DNA from: Parasitella parasitica NRRL 2501 | Taxonomy: Eukaryota; Fungi; Mucoromycota | Direction: 5' to 3' | NCBI GenBank assembly: GCA_025201805.1 | Contig: MU619256.1 | Location: 34,911 to 98,910 of the forward strand | DNA: 64,000 bases | Part shown: positions 27,451-38,061 of the stretch, piece by piece | Layout: each line of letters begins with the position of its first letter | Numbering within the stretch: position 1 is the first letter of the stretch | The notes under the pieces: generated by a model | The model's database searches: none | Told to the model about the DNA's origin: nothing | The model's input: the letters and a program-made list of their open reading frames with translations, nothing else | Program-made: the position numbers and the translations under genes

Positions 27451-27785
27451 AGCATTATTGTGCATGCATGAATCAAGACATCTCCATCTTCACCACTACA
27501 TCTTTAATTAATAAACCTGGCCTTGAAAAAAAAATAAGCTATCTGCTGTAAGCAGCGTAACAGGTGAAGACACTATATTTGACATTTGTAAGCGATTAAC
27601 AGTAGAGTTGGCTGTCGCAATCAGTCTTCTCTATTTTGGACGTCTACCAAACAGGTTTCTCAATTGGAAAAAAGCTTTTTCTACGTCACTTGTAACTGAA
27701 CTTTTTCAAACGAAAACCAAAAAAGGATCAACGTTGTTCCCTTTATACTCTTTTTATTTGGATATTTTTGTTTGTCAAGTTTGCA

Positions 27786-28622
27786 ATGCCTCGTCCACTA
27801 AGTGATTCATGGCAATATTTTGAGTTATTATCGTCAGAAAACGGAAGAAAAAAAAAGGCAAAATGCTCATTTTGTGGCCATGAACAGGCAGCGGGTATAA
27901 CAAGACTGCACCACCATTTGCTGTATCGTTGCTCGATGATTTCGCCAGAGATGCGTGATCAATTAAGACAAAAACAAGACGACCGCAACGGCATGCTTCT
28001 ACCGCAACCATTGACACCCGCAAACTGCCACGCTGATTCTACCATGCAAAATATCCTCAATCCGTCTCCAGCTTCTTCTATATTAAATCCACACTCAAAC
28101 TATTTTGATGCTGCCTTGTCACCTACTACATCTTCAGGTTTTTCCGGACCTAATCCTATTGCATTTACACCTAGCATTGATAATTCAAACCAACGCAATC
28201 AGCAACAGCGACAGGATCATAGTCAAGAACAACAGCAAATTGAGAGGTCTCAGGCAATGTTGGATTGGCACTTGGCTCGTGCCTTGTTTTCAGCCAATAT
28301 TTCATACGAAAAAATAGAAAATCCCCATGTTATTGAATTTTTAAAACGCTTGCAACCTAATTACGTTATTCCAAAAGCAAAGCGATTACAACAATTCTTG
28401 CTTAAAGAACAACATTGGGATCTTATTCCGTGTATTAAATCTGACACCTCACGCCAAATTCCATCACTGGCGACACCTCCATATGCGATGCAGCAGCAGC
28501 CTCGAGCTACTAATGAGCATATGGTACTACCTGCTGACAACTATGCCGTATCACCCAATAGTAAGAGCCATGCAATGGAAGATAGGTTGTTCTCACAATC
28601 CGAACTTGAAGGGAGCTTATAA
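27786..28622 (+). CDS. BED zinc-finger protein with hAT-type dimerisation/DNA-binding segment and no catalytic transposase domain
   Basis: SWQYF...KAKCSFCG...GITRLHHHLLYRC (zf-BED); LARALFSANISYEKIENPHVIEFLKRLQPNYVIPKAKRL resembles the hAT segment after the BED finger; intact, intronless ORF. Confidence 0.8.
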   Translation: MPRPLSDSWQYFELLSSENGRKKKAKCSFCGHEQAAGITRLHHHLLYRCSMISPEMRDQLRQKQDDRNGMLLPQPLTPANCHADSTMQNILNPSPASSILNPHSNYFDAALSPTTSSGFSGPNPIAFTPSIDNSNQRNQQQRQDHSQEQQQIERSQAMLDWHLARALFSANISYEKIENPHVIEFLKRLQPNYVIPKAKRLQQFLLKEQHWDLIPCIKSDTSRQIPSLATPPYAMQQQPRATNEHMVLPADNYAVSPNSKSHAMEDRLFSQSELEGSL

Positions 28623-29910
28623 AATCAAACACTGCTACAAACCCATACTATCCGAAACATTCTAGTTTGTAAAAAACAGCCATCTTAGGATAGATAAAAC
28701 TTTTCTCGGGGAGTTTGGGAAAACTCGATTTGACAGATATTCATTCATATTCATAGCTTTGATTTGAAATAAAACATAGTTTCAGCCACTATGGCAAGTA
28801 ATCTTTTAATAAAACATCTCAACAAAATAAGCTCCTTCTGCATCAAAAGGTGATTTTCTGTTAATATGATTGGTAACGACACGTTTCATGCAATTGACCG
28901 GTTCATTGTTGTTTTAGGCGTTACATTGCGGAGTGTATTATAACTCTCTCAAATAGAATGTTGTTACAGCAGCTATGAAACATGGTAGACTTGTGTACTC
29001 CAAAATAAATCCAAGGTACTTCTATACGCACCATCCCAAACAATATTTAGTGAAAACAAAATTTAATAAATCAACTAAAAGCAATGAAAAATTTGGCATG
29101 TCGGAAGGCTGACTATCAAATGTGAGGTATTTGAGTTCGCTTTACAAATTAAACCCTACTGAACCGAATCCATGGTCAATTTTAGTCGTAGCAAGTACCA
29201 TTATTGCGTGTGTTAAAACTCATACTAAATGAATGTGGTCATTTGCTCGTTACCAAGATGCCGTTTGCTTGACGTTGAAGTTTCTATAGGATTGAATACA
29301 TCAGAGCTTCAATATCAAATCACAATGGGAAGTAGTGCACTGAATATATGACACACGAATCAAGATATTGAAGCTGTACACATACAATTACATAAAATTC
29401 TTTGTATAGGTATATGTATAAAGGTCCAATTACTAAAGAACTCAGATATTATATTAATGAACCGTTAAACGACTGAAAGTACGTTTAATTGAATTCTATG
29501 CACTTGTCTCGAAAAAGTGTCTTATATCGTTTCAGAACTTCAAAATTTGTGGTGAGAAGTCTCTGTGCATATAGCCAACTTTTTTCAAGTCTTAAAGAAC
29601 TTGGAATCAGATAATATCAAGAAGGTATAATTCGACTGATCATGTTTTTATCCATTTTTCATGAGGAGACGCACATGATAACTTGTCGAAAATCAGTGAT
29701 TTGTTTATAACCTAATTTTTGAGTGGAAATGCATCATACAGCAACTCTGAGCTTTGGAAAATCGTTTGATGTGGTTTCAAGCAATTGCATAGGTTGAGTA
29801 GAGTCTAAATTCCAATGAAATTGTGAAAATCAAGTACATCGGTGGTGTGAAGTGCACTTCGTACTACATTGAATAGTGCCCTCATGATATATTTACTGTC
29901 ATTTTGCAGT

Positions 29911-32377
29911 TTCTGGGAAAAAAAAAAGTTCAAGTAAATGATAAAGGCAATAATGATTGTGGTAATATATATTAGGGTTTCTGGTAATAAACCTTCATTT
30001 CTGATAAAAGCTAAGAATTTTCTGAGAGAAGAGAAATGTCTTGAAAAATTTTAAGGGTAATTGCTTTAATTTTTTTCATTCGTAGTGAAAATACTAAGAG
30101 AATGTGATGTAAAATAAACTATCTGCATCATATATTTAAGCTCAAAGTAGTCTTAAAAAAGGTTACGGTTGCCTATTGACAAACGTCTGTGATTGTGGGT
30201 CTAAGTATGTCTGTTGACTTTGGATCAAAAACCTTTAAATGGATTCAGGAACGGACAGCAAGATTCATTTATGAGTTTGGAATTTCATGAATTTCTTTAC
30301 AGACAATCTTTTATGAATGGTTGCGTTATCCTGGTGGTAGGTTGTTTCATTTTCTCTGCAACCTTCAGTTGATTTGGCGTCTTTTAGTGTAGAAGGTCTT
30401 GTCAGACAGGCACCACCAAGCTGGGCTCTCTATATCCAGTTGTACAATAGAACAACTGGTCCATTTTTTTCATAGTACTGGAATGGTTTAAAAGTGTAGA
30501 TTTTAGGTTCCTGGTTTTCTTTTATCTACGCGAATTTCAGCGTGTTATTGTCAGAAAAAAGACAAAAACTGTAAGGAAACGATGTTTAACGATCTCAAAA
30601 ACAAAAAAAAATAATTTAAAATGATGCATTAGGCTATAATACGCCTTTTGATAACACATTTACATAGTTAGAGCAAGTTTTTGTACTTTTTAAGCTGATA
30701 TCAGATGAAGCCAGCGACTTTTCTGACTTTTTTCGGAAAGAGTATTTTTCAAAATCGGGGCGTGAGATCGTCATGCCAAGAACAAACACGCAAATACTAC
30801 CATTAGAAAGCCAAGAAGCACAATATTTAAATAAATTAGTTTAAAAAAAATTCTTTTGAATTGGGTAAGCTATGGCTCCTCAAAGCTAATGCTTTCTTTC
30901 AAAAAAAAACACCATTTCTCTTTAATAGCGGAGATTAAACGCATCCATAATCAGGAAGTTAAAATTCTTTCAGAAACTCCATTTGTACAATTAGAAAACT
31001 ATATTACTTTTTAAGGCAAGATATCATCCCCTGGTACTATGCATACCACGGCTGTCGGTCTATGATAATGGCTATATTTTTGGACGCTCTACCCGATGGT
31101 CTTATTTTCATAATCCCCGTATGCTTCTGGAAGGAATTATGTCGGGAAAACCTCAAAACAGATCAAGAGAGAAAAGTCAATATTTTGCTTAATCAGAGCG
31201 CATTTCCAGTCTTTCAGATCAAGGAATGGTCTTTTACGATCATTTTCCTCTAATGTATGGTATAGTAAAAAGTTGCATTTTTGAGGTCGAAATCGAGGAT
31301 AATGCATAATCGATGATTTTGGATGTGTGGATACAAGGAAAAAATCGAAAAAATCCATGATTTTGCATCGAAAAAAAAATCATGCTCAAATTGCACCAAA
31401 ATCATATATAATATAGTTTTTTCCCAATGGATACTATTTCCGGCGTTTTCAGGGCACTTTTAATTATAAAAATCAGTCAAAAAATGACACATGAAGCTAA
31501 AGTTCTTGCTTTTAAGCTGTAAGAAACATCCATGTATAGATGATATCACGTCAATATCAAGTCTAGTGCATGACCTAGCTCTATAAAGCAAGTATTTTTG
31601 ATGACATAAGTATACCTTTCTTCTAGTAAAATGATAATGCGAAGTTATAAAAATAGAAATTGTCATTTGCTTGAATATGTTATGATTTTTGAAACGACAA
31701 ATAATTAAAGGAGAAAACAGAATTAAATGATTAGTTTAGACTTGGGTTTAGGGATAAACTGCCATTGTCCAAATGCATAATTTGACGAATACGTACAACT
31801 TGATGCCTTACTAGTATATGCACTTTGATAGTTTGATACTTTATTACTTTGAAGGTTTTGCAATTTAGTTTAACTACCTTTGCAGTTCTATAGACTTGTC
31901 TAAATATTTGAGCTTATTTAGAGGTCTGATATCTAACGGTTATACTTCAAATAATTTACCAACATCTAAACATTATGAAATTCAAACAATTTTGTATTGT
32001 GGCCCGTTGATGATTGTTCAGTTTCCGATTCTGAAGTACATGTCGATAATGTTGATAGAGAATTTTCATTGCATTAAAAAATGGGATAATAAAAAACCCA
32101 AATAGTCATTCATTTAAAAAATACCAATTGCTCCTGCACAATGGCTGTTTGATTGACAATACAATAATTATGGCGTCGCAATTTCGCATATTATTATAAA
32201 ATGTTCTCATTTTTAATCTAAAATAGAAATGTAAATATTCTTAGGGAGACACTTCTCTTCTCTCAGAAACTTCTCAGCTTTTTATCAGAAATAGAAGGTT
32301 TGCTATCAGAAACTCTAATATGTGTTATCACAAATACCGTGACATTTTATCATTTATTTGGATTTTTTTTTCAGACC
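29911..32377 (-). mobile_element. Decayed IS630/Tc1-type DNA transposon bounded by ~140-bp imperfect inverted repeats
   Basis: 29911-30050 aligns by eye with the reverse complement of 32235-32377 (shared blocks TAAATGATAAA, TATTAG.GTTTCTG, AAACCTTC, TTTCTGATAAAAGCT, TTTCTGAGAGAAGAGAA.TGTCT); minus strand 30333-30215 encodes QDNATIH and, after a frameshift, CPFLNPFKGF*SKV, resembling DNA..H and YSPxLNPIExxWSK motifs. Confidence 0.75.
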
Positions 32378-32624
32378 ATAAAAAGACGCAAAAAAGCTAG
32401 CTCTAAAATGTGAAAAACTCAATCTTTGCTTGGCTTTACTGATGTAATTCCCTACAAAATGGGATGATTTGAAGGCAATCAACGCAAAAATTTTAGCAGT
32501 GATAGATTATTTTTGTTCATTTTCATGTACGGACGTAATGTTTTCACATTCATTTAAGTAAATGGTTCCTCAAACTGTCAACAGCAGCTGTAATACTCTA
32601 CGTTGCACTCTACCCGTCATTTGA

Positions 32625-32795
32625 AAAATGTGGACAATTGAGCAGATATTTGGAGGGCACCCAGGCAGGTGGGAGGCAAGGAGTACCGTATATGCGTGTG
32701 GACGGATAACCAACCCTGTGTACGACTCATACACTTGGTCCCCCCGCCTTTCCCAAAGCAATCCATTCGTCGACCCTGGGGATAAAGGTTCCTTT
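32625..32795 (-). ncRNA. Candidate structured non-coding RNA of unknown family
   Basis: 76/130 G+C over 32651-32780 within AT-rich intergenic DNA; nested stems; a GGGGGG/CUCCUU helix pairs only on the minus strand via G-U; a T5 run follows on the minus strand. No known family motif matched. Confidence 0.45.
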
Positions 32796-32898
32796 TTTTT
32801 TCAGTGACTTGTGGGGTAATCGTTAAGGTTTTGATTCCTCTTCCCTTAAGGCCATCTCTCTCTCTCTTCTTTTCTCTTATTAACAATTCTCGTAAAAA

Positions 32899-33592
32899 AT
32901 GCCTCGCCAAGTAATGACAGAACTATGTATACGTAGATGTTAATGCATTAACGGATAAATTGAATAGACTAGACGTTCCGCCCCTGCTCAACAGACCCGC
33001 CAAGCATCTACTATGCCTGTCCGTCAAACACCTCCTCCCTCTGCGCCTAGACCCACCGCTCCCCCTGCTCCTCAGCAGCATGCTATGGCTCCCGCACCTG
33101 CTGCTGCTCCACCTGCTCTTGCTCAAGCCGCTCCTCAGCAACCAGGCATGTTTGCCCAAAGTAAGATTTAAAAAAAAAGAAAAAAAAATATTCAGGGGTG
33201 TAAGAGATATTGACATGCGTTTAAATCTAGTGGCCACTACTGCTGCTGGTGTAGCTGTTGGCTCTGCGGTTGGTCACACTTTGGTAAAATTAGTTGAATG
33301 CGGAAATAATTAAGAGGCTGACTTGTACATATATTAGGCTAATGGTGTCTCTTCAATCTTTAGCGGCGGATCTTCGTCTGAACCCGCTGCTGCTGCTGCT
33401 GCTGAACAACCTCAGCAACATCAATATCAACCTCAACATTTCCAAGCAGCTCCTCAATCCTCTGGAAATGCTTGTGAGGCTGATGCCAAGGCCTTTATTA
33501 ACTGTCTTGAAGCTAGTAACAACGACTTTGCTTCATGTCAATGGTACCTTGATGCCCTCAAGTCTTGCCAACAAATGGCTTCCCACTATTAA
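32899..33592 (+). CDS. MIX17: Mitochondrial intermembrane-space twin CX9C protein Mix17/CHCHD2; 4 exons
   Basis: Spliced: MPRQ|TRRSAPAQQ...[26 protein letters not shown]|ANG...CEADAKAFINCLEASNNDFASCQWYLDALKSCQQMASHY*. Confidence 0.92.
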
Positions 33593-33734
33593 ATCATGTA
33601 TACACACACACTCATAGAATAGATCTCTCAATAAACAAAAATCAACAAATGATGTCTATTTAGTATGAGTTAAATGTTGAGTGGAAAATACTGAAACACA
33701 ATGACAGCACCTACTATAAAAACGGAGAGCCTGA

Positions 33735-34034
33735 CGTCTTGGGTGCTTTTCATCCATTTTTCCTTTTCCCCATCAGTTGCACACGAATACTTGCAAATTA
33801 AATGGTGAGAAAGTCTTTAATAAGCGCGAGGAGGCTGCTGAAGGTGTTTGGGCGCGTCAAATGTTTGGGAAAGACACAGCAGAGAGCCAATTTGACGATT
33901 GATACTCTAAATACAAAAACAGTATTAGGGCGATTAGGGCGATCAGGAGCTTGGCAGGCTCTGTCATCGATTTAAAGGAGCAGCAAAAGACATTGCAGAA
34001 CACTCAGAGCTCAGAAACGCTAAAAATGAAATAA
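33735..34034 (+). pseudogene. Possible degenerate mitochondrial ATPase inhibitor (IF1/INH1-like) gene
   Basis: Frame LHTNTCKLNGEKVFNKREEAAEGVWARQ resembles the IF1 F-x-K-R-E-x-A-x-E motif; downstream DQELGRL../LKEQQKTL coiled-coil-like piece needs a frameshift; no in-frame ATG found. Confidence 0.3.
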
Positions 34035-34219
34035 ACACAAGCACATGACATTTATGCCAATTTCAAATGAAAAACGTCGATCTGGCTATGACTCAATGCA
34101 AGCATCGGTGAAAATAATAAAACTGAAGCTTTTTTTTTTATCTTCTTTTTCTTCTCTCTTTCTCTTTCTTTTAAACTTTTTTACAGATTGTTATATACCA
34201 ATTTTGTAGGAAACCGGCA

Positions 34220-35883
34220 ATGGCGTTTAAAAGAGTATTCTCCCATCAGGTTCACTTGAACTGTAAACGCCCATTCAGCAGCAGCCTCTACAGAAATATC
34301 ATCAATAAATCCCCTATCTCAACAACCACATCACCTAAAATCGAAGTTCCTCGAGCTGCAAGGCTGGACGCTGTGCAATCCACCAATTCAGCGTCGCATT
34401 TTTACCAAAACAAAGTACTAGAAGAATACACTGCGCAGCCTGTAAACGCAAGCACACTACGCCAATTCATCTTTTTCGGCAGACAAATGAACACAGACCG
34501 CTTGCTTAAATCTGCTAATTGGGTCCGTAACGAGCTACTGGTTCGTTTGGCTCATCGCATCCGTGATTTCCAGCAGCTGCCATTCTTTGTTGGCACCAAT
34601 CCACACATCGAATACGTCTACAAGCTGTACTGGGGGGCTTTTGAATCTATACGTGCCTGCCCTCCTATCGAGGAAGATCAAGATAACGACCGCTTTTGCA
34701 AGCTGCTGCAGAATCTGCTAGAAGACGGATTGCTGGTGCTACCTAGACTGGCCCAGGGTCTCAGTGAAAGTGCAGCATATTACCCTCCTGAGCAAAAGGA
34801 TTTGGACTTGTTTCTTAATCGCATGCTTAGATCAAGGATATCCAGACGTGTGCTGGCCGAGCAGCATCTGGCTTTGACCGAAGCATGTGAACATCAGTGG
34901 GATCAACAAACTGGATTTGGTGATGGTTACGTGGGAATCATATTTGTGCATTGCTCTGCTAGTGAAATATTGGAAAGGTCGAAACAGCTGGTATTCCAAC
35001 ATGTGAGTCGGTACCACTCACTCGTCAGAAAGCAGGGTCAAGGACTGCCTGTGCCACATATCGATGTAAAAATACAGCACAACGGCTTAACGTCGAGTGA
35101 TAGAAAAAACGAAATTTTGTTTGCCTATGTAAGTCAATACGGGTGTGACCATACAGATGTTCGTCATGCTTAATTCTACAATAGGTACCCGAGCAGCTGG
35201 AGCATATTCTATACGAATTACTAGATAATGCTGTTCGATTTACTATGCGTAAACATCCAGATGGGGATTATCCACCTATACAAGTGACGGTGAGCGCAAC
35301 CGATACCGATGTCTATTTTAGAGTATCTGATCAAGGTGGAGGGATGACCAAGGAAAGATACGATTGTCTATGGTCCTATCAATCACGGGCACAAACAGGC
35401 GATTTTGGAGACTTTAAACAAATACAAAAAATACCAGCTTCGATCGACGGTAGAGCAACCCAAGCGTCTGAGATGGGACATCGCCATTTAGGAATTGGAC
35501 TGACTATGAGCAGGATCTACGCTGAATATTGGGGAGGTGAGCTGCAAGTGATTACAATGGATGGTTTCGGTACAGATGCCTACGTTCGTATTCCAAGATT
35601 AGGCACAAACACGGAAAATTTGGGCATAGAGAGGCAAGCACACCCTGTATTTCACAACACTGTTAAATCAGGGCCTACTGTAACAGGGCCAACCCACAAA
35701 AGGAAAAAGACGGGCAAAACCTTTAGAAAAGACAAAGAACTCCATCTTCAGTCGAATCCAAACGCACCACCTTCGGCTACGCTTCGGTTACTATCACCCG
35801 AGCAGCAATTATTGGACACAACTCTAACTACAGACTCGTTCAGTGGCAATGGCTGGAGTGAGAGCCATATGATTCAATCTTGA
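34220..35883 (+). CDS. Mitochondrial pyruvate/branched-chain alpha-ketoacid dehydrogenase kinase; intron ~35129-35184
   Basis: ELLVRLAHRIRDFQQLPF, FLNRMLRSRISRRVLAEQHLAL, ILYELLDNAVR, FRVSDQGGG, HLGIGLTMSRIYAEYWGGEL, GFGTDAYV (GHKL ATPase boxes). Confidence 0.9.
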
Positions 35884-36027
35884 ATGTGTATAAACTTTGT
35901 ATATTTATAGATTGGTGGCAAATGTGTACATAAAATACATATATCTTTTAAACCAAATTTTTCCTTTATTTTTTTTCATTATACTATAATAACGTCATGT
36001 TTAGCAGCATCACCATCATCCTTTACA

Positions 36028-37556
36028 CTAGAGCTTTTCAGATGATTCCCAGCTTTCATCAAAACCAACTCCAGAAAAATCCCAGTGGCCATCCTTGTCG
36101 ACAGCCATCTGAGCTACTTGAAGCCAGACAGCGTTCAAACGACCATCCTCATGAGGTCCGTATATGACTTGAGCGACGGCACAGGATCGAACAGTCTTTA
36201 TGACATGGGGCTCTTTGCAGGTGAGGGCCTTATCAAATACAGAAAGCCAATTATTGTTGCTTGAGGCGACATTGCTGGGTGATTCATATGCTAATAAAGC
36301 GTCGATATTAAAATTGGGTCTGCCTCTTGTGATGTAATAGAAAATAGTGATTGCAAGATGGGCATGTAATAGTGCAGCGGATTCAGATGGCGTAATCCTC
36401 GAAATGTACTGGTGCAGGAATTCAGACGAAGTGAGTGCGTGCATCAAAAAGAAATCCAATCTCAATGTGCCAGGATGATCATCGCGAAGACCAGTAGAGC
36501 CTACAGCCAACGAAACACATGTATAGAGCTCCTTAAATTTGGCTTGAATGTCCTTTGAGTTGTCATCGATTGTCCATTGACCAACATAGTGATTGATTCT
36601 ATCTAGTGCCTCCTTGTTCTTGAGCAAAGTCTGCATTTTATTCTCGTCGTTGAAATCAGCTGCATGGTCGAAAACGGGATCCTTTCGAATGCTATTTAAG
36701 ATTAAAAACAGCGAATTTTCTTTCAGGAAATCTGGGATATCAACTCCTTTAGGATTCGCCGCATCATTGACATCACGGCCGCCTTGCTCAGGTTGGTCTT
36801 TGTCAGAAATACCGAATCGAGTATTTATTTGATTTGCAAGCTGATCAACAAATGAAGTGACATAGCCTCTGGCCGAAGATGTTGCATTTTCAGCGTACGA
36901 TCGTGCTTGAGCTGGAACCATGGAAGATGTGTTTAAAGGAGGTTGGTCGGGTACAATCTGGACAAAATTAGGCTCCGTGCAACATGCCATTGCTAAACCT
37001 TCAGCTACGATTCCAGGTATACCAAATTCAAGACCATATCCAATATGGATGACAGGATGATAAGCTCCACCAACTGTGCGCGCCAATAAGTCACCACTCC
37101 AAACCCAACGACGAACAGTGTCAATAGAACCATGTTTTTCCACTTCAGATTGGAAAAAAGTAAGGAAGCTTGTGTACGCATCAGCTTGGCCAAGGTACTT
37201 TGAATAGTTTTCTCGAGTAATTGCGCCAACAGATGGAGGCAATGGACGTTGATCTTTGGCGTGGTCATCGAAAATCTCTTGCAGTTTCTCTTTGCTTGCA
37301 CCCAGGGAATAAGCAGCCAAAAGATGATGCATTAAATGGCTATAACATAGAATTAGCTAATTCAAGTCTTTCATTGCAAAGTAAATTTTATATCAATTTA
37401 CTTGTGAAATTTCTTGTCGTTGAAAAAGCAATGAAATTCCTTGTTGTTCTTTGTCAACAACTGCTCAGATAATAATGCAGCTTCAGGTGTGATTCCGGGA
37501 ACAATGATTGAGAAGGTCTCAGGTTTGTTGGGGACTTCTGGTTTAAACGAGGTCAT
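36028..37556 (-). CDS. Questin oxidase-like / AflY-HypA (DUF4243) oxidoreductase; 2 exons
   Basis: FHCFFNDKKFH, HHLLAAYSLGAS, GGAYHPVIHIGYGLEF, AEGLAMAC, LDFFLMHALTSS, EPHVIKTVRS. Confidence 0.85.
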
Positions 37557-38061
37557 TTTGTTTCTTTTCAGTGTAAGATAGTTTATACAGAAGAAAAGCA
37601 ACTTGGTACATGAGAATCCAAGGATTATTTATATGCAAATTATGCCATCATACATGTATCAATGTTTTGTCGTCATTTTTCTTTTTTTTTCTTTTTTTTT
37701 TTACGATAGCCGACATTGGCTGATTCCTAAACCCAGATTCATGCCTAGTTTGTACGACATGCAGCAAATGCTAGTATCCTCACTATTATATGAGTAAGCA
37801 TTTCATAATTGGCTAATAACTTGATGTTGCCTGGACACTTCGTATCATACCATTCTAATCTTCGACATGCATGCATGAGTTATCCAATAGAAGTAATCAT
37901 TTGTAACATGGCAAATAATCGTATGATTGGATTAAGCATCAAAAACGTGATGGAATCTCGTTTCAAATGACTTCAAAGATATATATAAATTCAGTTTATT
38001 GCATTGATTTTGGAGAAATTACTCAGACTTGGACATAGAATAAAATAAAAAACTATTGAAA

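Noticed and set aside
30734-31443. Possible inner inverted repeat CGGAAA(G/T)AGTAT
   Set aside because: Only 12 bp with a mismatch and no extension; could be chance.
32570-32910. Short minus-strand ORFs over the GC-rich element
   Set aside because: Non-ATG or antisense starts and no protein motifs; base-pairing explains the composition better.
33924-33941. TTAGGG-containing duplication as an interstitial telomere
   Set aside because: Only two 9-bp units (ATTAGGGCG), not a hexamer array.
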